Shown piece after piece: positions 11,201 to 26,200 of a DNA stretch of 64,000 nt. Source of the stretch: Tubulanus polymorphus (taxonomy: Eukaryota > Animalia > Nemertea); assembly GCF_964204645.1 (NCBI RefSeq), contig NC_134028.1, positions 11,827,263-11,891,262 of the forward strand. Reading direction: 5' to 3'. The translations under genes were made by a program, and so were the position numbers. The first letter of the stretch is position 1. Each line of letters begins with the position of its first letter. The notes under the pieces are model-generated. The model did not search any database. It saw nothing but the letters and a program-made list of their open reading frames with translations, and was not told the origin of the DNA.

Positions 11201-14200
11201 ACATAATTGATTCACTTTCTTCACGTGTTCTACCATTCAGATTATCAAGTCTCAATAATACCCCCAGCCCATGGATTTACAATGTCTTCATGAATGATGG
11301 AAAAACTAAAAAGGTCGGTTATCCATCTTTGGATCTTTCCATTGCTGTACCATTTCAACAACTTGTCCAAAATGATGGCTTTCACTTTATAACTCAAATT
11401 GGAATTACTTATTGGGATTTGTATGGATCAAATTGAAACAGAAGAAGATACATAGATACCTACGTAATGTATATGCGCATAACAAATAGACTAATAATCC
11501 TTGTAATTGCCTAGCTCTTAGAAGTTTTACCACTCACCTTTGTAAGTTCACAATTTTTATTTTCAATCCCATAAATTTCTTGTAATAAATAACACAGACC
11601 ATCTACCATTTGCTTCTGTTTTAATGGTTTCAGCGTGTAAGTATTGTCTGAATTTTTATCAACCACACCAAATGTCATATGTGCATGTCCAATGTGATCT
11701 TCTTCATCTTCAACTACACACTGAATGACAATAGGAATTGTTCCTGCTTCAAGATTATATTGCAGTTCCTCTTCACTGAACTTGCTTGGGTCTATTACAT
11801 GAGTTGGTTGACTGAATGTCTGGTTAGCCCCACGCTTATAATGGAATGTTTCAGAATTCATAGCTGAGTCTCTGGGGTGATATCTGAAATATAGTGAGAC
11901 TATTACAGTCAATAACTAATCTAGAATGAGGCTAACAACTAAAAAGCCTGATGTTTACCACCACATAAAAAGTTACAGCTTGTTGTGAATGCATCTAGGA
12001 AATATCATGGCTGCTATCATTTCTATAAGCAAATACAAGATACTATGTATACACAAAGTTTTATATATAGGTCAACAGTTGCAGCCTCAAAACTGTTATC
12101 CACTGGAACCCATAATTTAAATCACATCAACTCAATTCTAAATAGGGTTCTGCCCTTAGTGATGTGCTACTTGTTAACTAAGTTTGAAACAGGGGTCAAG
12201 GGGAGCTATGAAACATACCCATTTTCAAAAGATTGCTCGGAACTTATGCGGCCGAACAAGTGAGCTGCTCGGTATACTGCTCTGGCATTCTGCTCAGTTT
12301 TATTATATAGCGCCGCCCAAAACAAGCTGCCCCGTAATCAAACCTGCAGTTGTATTTTTTCCTATTCCCTCTTTGATAGTCACTCTGTGTCACTCAATGT
12401 ATACTTATCATTTGCATTCCAGGGTTGTCTCTACTGTGGTTTCATGTGATATGACCACCACTCAAAGGTACCTCTTGGACCTACTTAAGAATGAACTACA
12501 CTAGGAAGTGACTGGTGGAGTTTTCGTTGTTGCTGATGGTGCAAACCATTTTATAGTGAAAAACGGACGGAAGTTTTATAGTTGAGCGGAAACTTGCCTG
12601 TTATTGACATGTGACTGCAAAGAAGGAGTGAATGTTCATTCAGAATTGAATGCACTCAGTAAAATCGTTACTGAAGACATTTCTACTTTCAAAGTTCATT
12701 ATGCGAGTAGAAATTGCAAACATTCCTTTGCAGTCACAGAAATATACAGAAATCGTTTAGAGAATGAAGTTGCAGATACCGTTTCAGTAGCTATTCTTTC
12801 TAACAAACCCTTCGTTTCTGGTGTACACATTATTAAATGGAACAGTCGGTTAGGGCATTTTCTTTGCCAAACATGTCGTTTCAATAGCAATTCTCCTCAT
12901 AAAGACTGGTGCGAAGAAAATAATTTTGATTTACCGTCAAAAGCGAATAATGATGATGAACCTATTCCACAGAGAGAGATCAAGTCAGTGTCATCAATTA
13001 AAATACCGTATCCGTTGCCAAGCAGGCTGAGGGAAGTTCTCAGGACACGAAAACTGGGCTAAGGGTATCCTGAAGCTCTTATTCTGTATTTGGTAACTCC
13101 TAGTTGCAAACATAATCGCCCATGGGATAAGCGGGATCCTGTTTTAATGGAATGGGAATTGCAAAATGCTACCATATATACAGAAAATGGAGGACAGTGT
13201 TATACTATAAGAGATGGTGCTGTTAAGCCTATTAAATGTAATGTAATAATAATCAATTAGGCCTGTTTATTAACATTAATAGGGTTCTCTACGGTAACAG
13301 GTAAATTTCAATTAAAAATGTATCAATTAAGTTTTCGTCCATCAAATTTGGTGATCATACCCTCAAAAGCCCATCAAGTTTCATATTGAAGGCCCTTCAT
13401 GTTTTTAGACATAACATAATAATAATTATTAACATTTGTCCCTAAAATGGATGCTTATTTGACTTTGTATATCTTTTGTAGTGTATAACATCCCATACGA
13501 TGGTGATTGTGATTGCCGATTATTTTTCGATGGCCAGCAAGTACTTTTGGTGAATTCGAATAATTCAAGTCTAGTTGATTATCGTTTGTTATTCAAGTAT
13601 ATGCATTTAGTGGCACAAGCAAGGAATCCGCTCTCTTCATTTCAGAGGTATTAATACTTTTTGCTTTTTTTCCAAGCACTTGTACATTTTTCTTCTGAAT
13701 TGAATATAACTTTTATTCATTTAAGGGCTATGTCACGGTCAGCTACAAAATTTTTGAATGAACAGGCGATTCCACTTCATACTTTGCAACCTACATGGAA
13801 TGTGTTTGTGCGTTTATATTTTCACGTCCCGTTTGTAAGGACCAACCTCATACAATAATATGCAACGGGATAGATCTGGGATTTTGGAAAGATCTGCTGC
13901 ACAACATAAAAGATGACTCGCCAGGGGTAGGAAGTGTTCAAATTGAAGGCACGAAACATAAGGATAGTCTTCATACACGATACAAAATGTAAAAAATTAC
14001 TCTATAAATGTGTCTGATTCACTTACTAAAACTGGAAAAATAACACCTAGAGAGTATGGTAAGTAAACACAATCATCTTGCTAATCTCAAAGTGTTTGTC
14101 GAGTCGAATTCATATCTAAAAGCGAGATCTTGTGAATGCGTGCTCTTTAAAGCTGTGGCCTGCAATGGACCCGTCTGTGCAGTAATGCAGTGTAATGTAT

Positions 14201-17200
14201 ATGAAGGGACTGTTGATTTGCTGTACGATCTTCTTGGAAGTGATGTAAGATATCTCAACAGTGCGATTCACGCAAATGTGAGCGAACTGCTTAAGAGAGC
14301 ACCCATACTTGTGCAGTTCATACTGGATTGTCATTATGCAACAGAAATGACAGCCAGTGTGATAGGATTGGTCATCGATGTCATAGAAAGATCGAAGTAT
14401 TGTTTTCAGGTAAAATATCAACATTAAACTACTACCAACTCTCTTGAATTAAGCAACTTAAAAACCTTATTATTGATCCGTCATTCCAAAACAATGGCCC
14501 ATGAATTTTTAGGTTACACGAAATGAGACAAACAATTACAGACCAGCCCAATCAGCAGAATTATTTAAATCGTAGAGTTCTTCCCAAGTCTTCCAAAACA
14601 ACACAGGTTAGTTACATAAGAACGACTAAAATTTTTCCTGATGAGTAGATGCGAAATCCTAAGAATTACAAGTATTCCCAATTGTCAATCTGTAATTTCA
14701 GCGATGTACGATATACAATAGATAGTGGAAATGAAGGCCCTGCATACAGAGCTAGTGATGTAAATCCACACGCGATCAGTTATGGATTCCAGGTTAGAAT
14801 GACAAGTTGTGCTTTTAAAGAAAATTTGGTAATCTGGCCCTGTAATATTTTATTAGGTCGTGTCGAGTCATGAGTCACCAAGGCACCATTTACCCCTAAC
14901 TACGGAGCGCTCCGATGTGACATGCGCAATTGAGGCGATTTACACTGATCTCAGGAATGAAGAAAAAAAAAGAGAAGGTCGGAAATCAGTCTATGGTCGG
15001 AAGATTTTCATCTCTGAAGTACTCAGATAGAAGCTATATTATTTCAAATTAGTAACAATTTTAATGGACAGAATTCGGTTTGAGGTAAAAGTACAGGATT
15101 CCTTATGATTTACTTTCAGAGAACCAGTTTGAAGGAAAATGTGTCGTTTCGTGATTTCGTTGTCGTATGCGTAATTTACGGGAAGCTAAATCATGGTGTG
15201 CCTACTAAGTTGGGAAATCGAATGCGTGAAATGTTCTAGTAGTTGGAACGTAGCCGACTTCTTAGATAACGGCGGTCTCTAGAATGATTGGCAGCTCAGT
15301 GTTTGGAGCCTTCTATCAGTATCTATGAGAGCGTGCGCTGCATATGGCATTTGTCTTTGATCAATAAAGTTTGTTTAGCGTCTGTGGATCATCAATAAAT
15401 GTATGTACAAATGAAGTTTATATACATTTTTGTTGACTGCATCATTGATATTGTGTCATATATATCTAGTAGGATTTTCTTTGAGCTGAGATTAACCAGT
15501 AAAGGTAACACATCAAAAAAGTGATATATAGCGATGATAGTCAGCCTCAGCGTGAGTGTGATAATGTATTCATATCCCTGGCCAAGTGCCAAGTACCTGG
15601 TTTCCTGGAAAACTAAACCTAGGCCAAGTGTTGAGGCATGTTCTTCTCACTACATGCAGCGCTGCCTCGGCGCTGTTGCTTGTAAAGTATGTCCTATTTG
15701 ATTTCACACTGCGGGGCATTAAATTAAAAAATTTTCTTGGGGGAGGGCCCCCAGACCCCCCGCAATGGCTTCGCACCTTCGGTGCTCGAATCGTCGTTGC
15801 AGAATGAGGTTAATATTTCTTACTGCGCCCTACTATAAATTTGAGCCGTGGAGAACACTGCTGTACATTACTTTTTTAAACCATGATCAATGATATTTTA
15901 CTATATCACTCCCAGCAGTTTTAGAAATGAACTGATAAAGTTTATAACATTGTACAACTAAACAGATTCTTTCGGTGTGGTCGGGTCTATCTATTCTCAC
16001 AGTACAGTACACCAGATCGACATGAGCAATAAGTACGTGTGAGCAGTATCTATTCACCGGACAGAAGCGATATTCAACGTCGTATGAGAGAGGACGCGGA
16101 ACGTGGCTACCCTACTATGTGACCGTCTCATCACAACTTTTAGCGTTAAGCAGAAGCCTAGCGCTAATAAGACACAGAGGTCAATAAGACAGATCCCACG
16201 CATAGGCCGGACCGCTCTTTATACTACACAATATTGGTCGACATGAATGGTATTTTAAAGCAAATTAGATTTATTTAAAATTCATCTGCATATCAATACA
16301 AACGTTTTTTTCGTCAATATAATCCAGAGCATATGCATCGTTAATTTTAGTTCAAATATTTTCAAACAAATCTTTAGAGAGAAATTAAGAGAATATCCTC
16401 AATCTAAAGATTAATGGCTTCGTTGATTTTGGTGAGCTTCACTAGTTACTAAAACGATGGCACTATCATCACAGCTCTGCAGTAAATACTGCAAACTACG
16501 CCATAATCAATTTTACTTCTTCTTTTGTAGTTTTCTCATTGAAGAATTTTATATGTTGCATCAGTAATATATAACAAGAAAGAATTTCTAAAAATGGGCT
16601 TGCTGACATGGTTGTACTGAAAGCTTGCTTGGTGGTTTTGCATTTCTGTAGTAAAATTAATCGAACTTTGAACTGATTACTTTTTAAAGAACTAAGAGAT
16701 CGGTGTTGTCTTACATCGTTACATGAAATGTTACACCCGGGGACTGGGGATGAGAATGATTTTATTGTAGACATGGACCAAGTTAGTACAAGCTTTTAGA
16801 TAGTTGTTATTTGAATATTGTAGTGTCTTAACGGAATCTATCATCATGTTAATAATTGCTAGATTACTTATTGGATTGTGTTGAAATGATTTTGCTGGCA
16901 TAGAAAAATTCGAGTGACTTCAGGTGAAGAGAAGCTAACACGAAAAGAGATATAGGAGCCAGAATTTTTCTTTTTAAAATAATAAAGACATTAAGCAAGA
17001 ATAAGTTGCATTTTTTTCAAATGACAATCTACTACGATCATCCGATAAAGTTTATTGCCACCATAGACTACCACCCCCTGGCTCTTTGAAGAGACAGGGA
17101 ACCAGTCTTCCAATTCAATTCAATTCAGAATTTATTTTACAGAAAAGCAGTTTTTAAGTTTTAGATATCTAAACTGATAAATATAAATGTTCATACAGAG

Positions 17201-20200
17201 ATTTTTCAAATGGCCGCTATTGCAAGCACCCAATGAAAGTAATAGAAAATTAAAAGAATTTTTCAAAAACGTGAAAGTAAATGTTTTATTGTGAAATTTT
17301 CTTGTGTTAATCAAGAACGAATTGAATTGTCGGCAGCACTATGCCGCACATGAACCGTGTGATAGCAATATGGCCTCGCAATCATGCAAGCCCATGTAAA
17401 GCCTACTTGTAAATTTGACAGTAAATGTTGTACAATTCTGCTTGTGTTGTTTACGTTAGTGGATAAAGATCACGTCTCACTACGTCGCTGAAATCCCCAA
17501 AAACGGCATAAAAATGTCAATTTACCCAATTTAGGCTTCATCAATAGCCTTCAAAAGCAGTTGCCACTTAGCTGCTGTTATAACAGCCAACTTAATGCAG
17601 ACCTTAGCCCGTGAATCATTTCACACTCAGAGGAGATAGTGGTCAACACTTATTCAGCACTCCATTTTTATACTTATAGATTCAGCTGGGCTGAATCTAA
17701 AAACTCTACATCATGTAAATTATAGACAAGTTAATAGGGCAACATGTGGATTTTCAAAAGGTATTTAATGCACGAAAAATGGAATGATTTACTAAATACT
17801 ATGACAACTCATTCCCAATTATCAAAAGGAAATGGAATCGATTATAAGATAAGCTAAACCCTTGGATGACAAGAGGTCGATTTATTTCACTGAAACACAA
17901 GGAGGAGCTCTATACAGAGGATCTTAAGAACAGGTCAGTTGAATCAAAATCAGTGTTTAGTAAAAACAGAAACTGTTTTCACAAATGTATACGTATGGCT
18001 AAAAAAGATTTTTACATGCAAAAGTTTGAAACTATACGGACTGATTCCAAGCAGACCAGGGGCCGGTTCCATAGTGAGGGTTTAGACTTAAGACAAGTCT
18101 AAAACCAACTTAGTTCTATAGCCAATCTAACAACTTAAGATCAAGTCTTAACATTTAAGACCACTTTTGGTCTTAAGTCTTGACCATGGAACCGGGCCCT
18201 GGGGATTAATCAATTCTATACTACATAAAAGAAAAGCATCAGATTTTCCTGAAAAGTTCAGACATAATGATCAATTCATTACCGATCCCCTCAATATAGC
18301 TAATAATTTCGATTACTTTTTTATAAATATCAGTCCAAAACTAGCTAATAAAATTCCAGATACAAACAAAGATTTCAAGAGCTATCTAAAAAACAGAGTT
18401 GAAGACACAATTTTCCTACCTCCAGTGACTAAATTAGAAATAGAAAATATTGTTGAACTTTTTAAATCAAAGAATCATTCTGTAGTTGATAATGTTAGTC
18501 AGAAAATATCAAAGGAGGTCATGCATCTTATCTCTGATCCCTTAGTATACATCTTTAATCTGAGTTTGGTATCTGGCGTTCTTCCTAGTGCTCTCAAAAT
18601 CGCTCAGGTTTGTCCAATTTATAAAACTGGGGATAAGGCAAGTTTCACAAATTATCGCCCCATCTCAATCCTACCCTGCCTCTCTGAAATGTTAGAAACA
18701 AGAGCCCCAAGGGGCACTATGGCCAGCCTGTCAGCTTTTCATAAAATAGCAAATGATGATACATTCTGTGGGTTAAATTTGTCAAAATACACTCCCAGCT
18801 GAGAGTCAATAATACCTAATAAATAATTTACACAATACAATCGTAGAATACAAAAGTAGCACAGACAGCGACTGGATCTGACAGGAACAAATACCTCAGA
18901 TAAATCTTTTCCCTTGGTCTTATTGATTTTAATGCGGTTTAGAATTGAATTTGCTCAAAAAAACAAAATTGAATTGGATTTGATATTTTTTGCAGAATAA
19001 AATTTGATTGAATTTGTAGTTTGCGCACATGGCTAATTAGCATATCAAGGTCATCTATCCGATTTAAGTAAAAAGCTATTTTTTCCGGACTTTGCATATT
19101 GGTCAATGATATTTTCTGTAGTGCAAATTAAAATATTCCTCCCAAAAGCAAATCAGGTAAAAATTTCACAGAAATCGATCTTGAAATACAATTTCAGATC
19201 TAAAAATTAAACCAGGAAGTAAAACGGTAGACGATACCGCGGGTTCACGTGAACACCTGCTGATTTCTGCGGCTAAGCCAATCATAGAGGAGTCTCTGCT
19301 TTCTGATTGGCTCTTCAAAACCAATATCCTTGTGATCAGATATTCGCGAAAAAGCTCATATAAATTTCAACGAGGCCCTCTTTCATAATTCAGCTGCGTA
19401 GAGTTTGGAGAATGGATAATGCTTTAATGAATGATTTGTATGATTATATGCTCAGTTGCACAGACAAAGAACCTTTGCTCTGGAAACCATGTCATTTAAA
19501 TTCGCTCCATTTATATAGTAATAGGCTCAGCCTACGGCCGGCCTAAAAATTATGTATTCCCATGTCATTGAGTTTCTTGAATCTCATAATGTAATTTCAG
19601 ATTCCCAGTTTGGGTTTAGGAAAAAACATTCCACGTCCTATGCCCTGAAAATAATCGATAACTGAATTAATAAATTGGATTGTGGCGAGACTATTTTAGG
19701 TATTTTTTTAGATTTATCTAAAGCTTTTGATACCATAGATCATGCAATACTATTAAGCAAACTTGAACACAATGGTATCAGAGGTTTAGCTAATATCTGG
19801 TTTAAAAATTATCTTTGTAACCGATATCAGTGTGTAAAATATGGATATAAAACATCCAATATAATGAAAATATTAAGTGGAGTCCCACAAGGATCAATCT
19901 TGGGTCGTCTACTCTTTATATTGTACATTATCGACTGCCCCAATGCGTCAGCTATTTTTCAGACTATTATGTTCGTGGATGATACTAATACCTTTGCTTC
20001 CCATAAAGAGTACAGAATTTTGGAGAGAACTGTCAATCTTGAACTTGCAAATTTGGATGTCTGGTAAGTCAAATAAACTGTCATTAAATCTTGACAAAAC
20101 ACATTTCATGGAGTTTGGTAGAGCTAAGAAAAAAAGGACATCCGAATGTATATTGGAGATGTACCTTCACAAAAAGTAAATAACACCAAATTTTTAGGAG

Positions 20201-23200
20201 TCCAAATTGATGATAATTAAAATTGGAAAGCCCACATACAAAATATTGCGAAGAAAGTGGCACAAGGTATTGGTATCATCCAACGCTTATCATATTTTGT
20301 TCCACTATCTGTTCTTCTAAAATTGTACTATTCTCTTATTCATCCATACATTCATTATGGTAACATAATTAGGGCAAAAAATACCACTAGTAATCTTAAC
20401 TATCTTGTGGTCTTACAAAAGAAAGGGATTAGAGCGATTTTTCAAAAAGTACAAACTAATGTAATTAGAGGATATCAACAAACTACAAAATTGCCAGTTC
20501 ATGTTAAAACTATCTAAAAATTTCTGTTCTTTCAAAAGAAATTTAAAGAAGCAGTGGCTTTGGAAGTGCAATGACTGCAGCGCGAAAGCCGCGGCATTCT
20601 GTCCAAAATCAGCATTTGGCCACGGCAATCAAAAATTGCTTCCAACGCCCCTGAGAAGTCCATCATGGACAGTTACTAACTCATGCCACTTATACCATCT
20701 CAAAATATACATATGAACATTGTTTAAAATCTAGTATAGTGCCCGTCTGAAAGTATGTATGTGTGTGTATGCATGAACTGTGTGTGAAGATGTGTGTTTT
20801 TTTCTCTTTTCCTTATCTTGTTTTCCTTTTAGGGTGCCTGATACTACAAGCTTTGCTTTTGCAAAACAAATCACTTATAGTTCTTTTGTAATGTAAGTCT
20901 TATATATCTTTTATACATTGATGTAAATTATTCAGAAAATAAATTTGATATGATATGATAATATCATAGATTATCCATAAAACTGACAAATTCAATTAAT
21001 ATTGTCTCTTTTTAGTTTTAGACATCTACGATAGCCACTTGTGAAAGTAACTCATTCATTGATCCGAGCAATACAAAATTTCCCACGCCCTAGACCACAA
21101 AAATGAGGGCATTAACCAAAAATCTGCCATAACTATCTGCTCGCCCACCATGGTTATTCAGAGAAATTTGCAACGTCTTCAACAGCTGATACAACCGCAC
21201 CCGCGTCTGTCAATCATCTTAATTGATTCATAAACTAAAACGCTGACTATGAAAAAACTATGCGGTGAATCAATCCAGAATTTTTCAGTAGAACGTATGA
21301 CACTAGGTACCTTTCTTTAAAGGTTTATTAGTTGTATGTCATTTACAATCAGTTATATAATACTTTATTCATAACTGAAGCGGCGCACTGGCAGCGGACG
21401 CTCATCATGCAAGGTCAGTCACGTAGGCCAACGATAACAACACGAAACAAAGCACCGTTTTGCCGGTTAAGAGCGTCTCTCCATATAAATTAGAGACAAT
21501 GTAATGGACCATTGGTTGACACTAACCTTTGATAAACTTTGTATGGATACAATCAAGATAATTCCACCCTATAATTCCACTATTCAACGATCGACACGCA
21601 GCTTAAACATGGCGCCGCCATTCAATATCCGAGTCACAATGTAATCTCTACATACATCAAAATCACACTCGAATTCAATTGTTGACTTATGAGAAACGAT
21701 CGAAATCTAGCAATTTGATTGGGAAAATAGCAGCACTATATTTGAAAAAAGTTGATAAACCACCTCCAACTGTATAATTATTTAAAAGCTTTGCCTTCAC
21801 ATGGAACTATTTCTGCCTTATCACAGGTGCACTCTGCCACCGTGATTCGCCCATTCAATGATAAAACTATCCCATGGTCTTACTACCGGCATTTTCTAAT
21901 AATTAAGGGAAATATTTTAAAAAAGCTAAATTTCACACTGCATTAATAAGATTTAAGTATTTATTCAGTTGACAAATCTTCCTCTGAACTCCCATCAACA
22001 AGTTATAAGTGGCGACACGAAAATGACGTCATCGACTCACTACCATCTTATAACCTTCATGACTACATCATGAAGGTTAAAACGTGGATGTATGCAAAAT
22101 GTTTGGGAGCGGCTCATCGAATAAATGATAAGTTAATCTAAATTATCAAATCTGTGAATAAGCCGAGGGCAGTTCTTTTTAGCTTAAAATACATATCATA
22201 TTATAAAGCTTCGCCCAATATGCCGAGGCCCTGCCCTGATGATGTATGAGGCTGACAATACGCGCCTGCTGATGTGGGAGAGTGCTGTGTATACAATCAT
22301 TGAATTCACTGTGCTATAGACTCGCTCAGGTGATTACTAACACAAATAGCCGTACTGTAACCTATATTTGCACATACTCGGCTGATTGCTGATGCTTTAT
22401 GTTAACAATTGTATTAGCGACGTGGTAAAGCATTGACCGCATTTTTCAAGTCGGAATCCATCAAATGTCAAACAAGGGGTCCAGGGACGCCATGCCCACT
22501 TGGGAAGTGGCTTCAAATGCTCAACAATCTAATAATTTCAATATTCAATGCCCCCTGGTGACCATATACAAAAACCAATGACCTTGAAACTCGCCACAAT
22601 CATAGAACATGTCATGAACTACAACTTTGCAATTGATCATGGTAACAAAATATGCCTAAGTACCTATCTAATAAGGAAATACTAAGTTATTCTACTATTC
22701 AACGCCCCCTGGTGACCATTTAGAATAACTAATGTCATTAAAACTCACCACAATCATGGACGATGTCATGAGCTACAACTATTCAATTGATTGTTGTAAC
22801 AAAATATGCATAGGTACAAATACATAGAAGTACTAAGATATTGTATTACTTAATGCCCCCTGGTGGCCATTTACAAAAACCAATGACCTTGAAACTCACC
22901 ACAATCATAGAAAACGTAATAAGCTACAACTTTTTAATTCATTGTGGTAACAAAATATGCTCAGTTATCAATATAATGCTGAAAAACTTTTTCCCACCTA
23001 TGAATGAGTAGTGATGACACCAAGATGGCCGCCAATTGCGTCATAATTGGCTGATAAAAAATAACTGTCTCAGATATAAAACATCCCTTTCCAAAGAATA
23101 CCCATCAGCAATTGCAATGAGAAGTGGCAAACCAGTAGGAAGCTACAGGACTCAGAATTCTGGCCAAAATTGACATTTTTGGGCACTAAAAAGGTCATTG

Positions 23201-26200
23201 GACGGCCATCTTGAGTTCGATGGACCCAATTTCATTTATGCTGATGAGCCCTAAGGGGATTCAAATATATTGAAAGATCAAGGTAATTGATCAAAGCGTC
23301 TTCAAAATTTCCCTCAACAAGTTCAAAAATGTGTAAAAAGTGCTGTTTTTGGCGAACAACAATGGCTGCCAGTCGGCCATATTGATTCTGACAGGGCCAG
23401 TTTTTGGCTGTAGATGTGTCTAGGGTAACCCAAATATCAAAACATTACATTGAAGCGTCTTCAAAACTTCCCAAAATAACTGGATTCTGTCTACGGATGG
23501 ATGGACCACGGACGAAAAGTGAACGCAATAGCCTGCTGGGACTGAAGTCCCAAGTGGGCTAAAATACAAACATATGTTGACTTTTCGTCCGAGCAGTGAT
23601 TACTAAGCAGATTGTTTTGCGCGGCGCTATACAATAAAACGCGGCGCTATACAATAAAACCGAGCAGAATGCACGAGCAGTATAACCGGAAAGCGCAATT
23701 GCTCGGCCGCATAAGTTCCGAGCAATATCTTCTGAAAATGGGCATGTTTTATACCTGTCCAGGGACAACACACCCGCTTGGGAAGTAGTTTGAAATGCTT
23801 AACAAACAGACTAGTTTGCGATTGTTTTTGGTAGCAAAATATTCTAAAGTACCAATAGAATTTGAAAATACTCAGGTATTCAGCTATTCAATGCCCCCTG
23901 GTGACCAAATGCAAAAATCAATGACCTTGAAACTCTATCACAATCAACAACACATAAGCTGTGACTTAGCAATTGATTGCAGTTACAAAATATCCATAGG
24001 TACCAATATAAATAGGCAAATTGTGTAAAACTCAATATTCAACTTCCCCTGGTGGCGAGAACCTGGGTAACCCAAATTTTACGTGAGATGATTACTATGA
24101 CAGTGATACTAATTATCAAATATCAACACAACAGGTCAAAACCTTTCGATATTTTCTTCTTCTTTATCTATGAGGTTAAAATCAGGTTAAGAATCCAGAG
24201 GGCGACTCGTCTGCACTCCCTCATTTTTTTTTCTATATAATTGGGAGACAGAGACACATTTTTGGCATCAATAAATAACAGAACAAGGTGCCCATGGGCA
24301 CTGTTGGATTCAGCGCAGAAGTTAGTGAATTGACGGAGTTAATCATATCCACCATACTAGACCATACATTGGTTTAGTAAGGTGTTCTATCAGCTTATAC
24401 TTGCCATAAAAGGAAATGCATGTCATAAACGTATAAGGTAATTAGATTTTAAATGACAAACAGTTGTTTATATAAGGAAGAGAAGGTAAATACATAACAC
24501 ATTTTAAGTAGGCCTAATAGATTTTGAAATGAAATACATACAATCATTTAAATTATAAGCCACCAAATAAATTATAAGGTTTTTTTAAATCAAAAGCATC
24601 TCATATGTCATATTTATATTTTTGTTGCTGAAGCTGAAATCAAATCTAGTAGTATCGGGAGATGAGAAAGTATTCTAAGTGCCATACTAACTCTGGCAGG
24701 ATTTTCAGGATTCAAAGCCAAGACCTAAGGCTAAACAAGGTGCCCATGGGCACTGTTAGATTCAGTGCAGAAGTTAGTGAATTGAAGGAGCTAATCATAT
24801 CCACCATACTAGACCATACATTGCTTCAGTAAGGTGCTCTATCAGCTTATACTTGACATAAAAGGAAATGCATGTTATAAAAGTATAAGGTAATTAGATA
24901 TTAAATAACAAACAGTTGTTTATACAAGGAAGAGAAGGTAAATACATAACACATTCTAAGAAGGCCTAATAGATATTGATATGAAATACATATAATCATT
25001 ACAAATTACAGTAACACATATCTAAATTTTAAGTATTTTCAGAAATTTCTAAGGAACCAACCTTTTAACAGGTAATTTTCATGAAAAATAAGTAGTTTCC
25101 TTAACTATACACAATAATCAAAATTTCATCTATCAAAATCAAATGTTTTTTTTGGCGGGATCTTCTTCTGTACATTCTGTTCAAGTACAAGTTCAGAATC
25201 GTGTGTGTCACTAGGCTCAGACAGGGCTGCCAACCTTTCAAAATTCCATTTAGGGATGAATGGCAGATTAATTAGGAATATTGAAGGTTTCAATAGGAAT
25301 ATATCGAAACCGAAGAAATTGTGACTTTTCCAAGTAGGAATATTTTGCTTTCAATTAGGAATACCTTTCACGTGTAATATATGAAAGCTGGATATGAAAA
25401 TATGGAATTATCTAGCAGCAAAATAAAAAATAAGCAAGTTCTGCAGAATGTATTTTTTCTTTATTATTCTATGAAAGATGGAATTATCTATTAGCAAAAT
25501 AAAAAATCAGCAAATTCTACAGAATGTATTTTTTCTTTATTATTTTTTTTCCACATTAGCTGCTGACTTGTGTTTAGTTGTGGAAAAATGTTTTTTTTTT
25601 TCAATATCATTAAGGCCACCATGCGATATGCTGATATGCGAACCACATCTATCACAGTATGCGTAATAATTGCCTAGCGAACTAGGTTTAATAAAAGAAT
25701 ATTTCTGAGAATATTTGTTCTTAAACCTCTGCTTCGTTTTACTAGATTCATTTTTTTGGGTTTTTTTTTCGGAGGAGGCTCACGATCGTCATCGGTGTCA
25801 TCACCAACATCGGAGGGAAAAGGTTCTTCCGCTTCAACTTCAGATCTTGTTTCAGTGACAGTAAATAAATCCATTTCTGTTTCACGAAGAAACGACATGA
25901 AAATGGCAATAAGCGAATATATCAATTTCCAGCATTAATTCCACGATACTGTCCCAGAGAGACTCCACGTACAGAACTGAAAGATACAAACAGTAAAAAG
26001 TCTCTAAGTCTACATGCAACTCGATGGTGCTGCCATCTGCCAAATATGCGAAGTAAAAGTTTACTTTGAGATGCACTGCTCAAAAGCATCTTAAATTATC
26101 TTTTTAAATCAAACTAATACAAGAGTGACAACATTAAGGTTCAAACTAACAAAGCAATTGCTTACCGAAACATTTCAACCACAAATAACGAGTCCACACG

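Larger units (their letters stand above)
17750..20950 (+). mobile_element. Decayed CR1/L2-group LINE (RT and 3' end)
   Basis: NYRPISILP, QFGFRKKHST, GIFLDLSKAFDTIDH, GVPQGSILG, FVDDT, LYYSLIHPYIHYG; ends near aataaatttgatatgatatgata. Contains two nested insertions. Confidence 0.88.

Noticed and set aside
11040-11436. ORFs with YIYIYI runs, and the poly-I/poly-T ORF at 61290-61487
   Set aside because: Products of (TA)n and (CAT)n/(CAC)n microsatellites.
14636-14670. CTGATGA...GAAA hammerhead-like motif
   Set aside because: Only about 2 bp of possible stem II and no convincing stem I or III; likely chance.
23241-23270. CTGATGAGCCCTAAGGGG hairpin resembling a hammerhead core
   Set aside because: No GAAA after the stem, and the paralogous copy near 61820 does not conserve CTGATGA.
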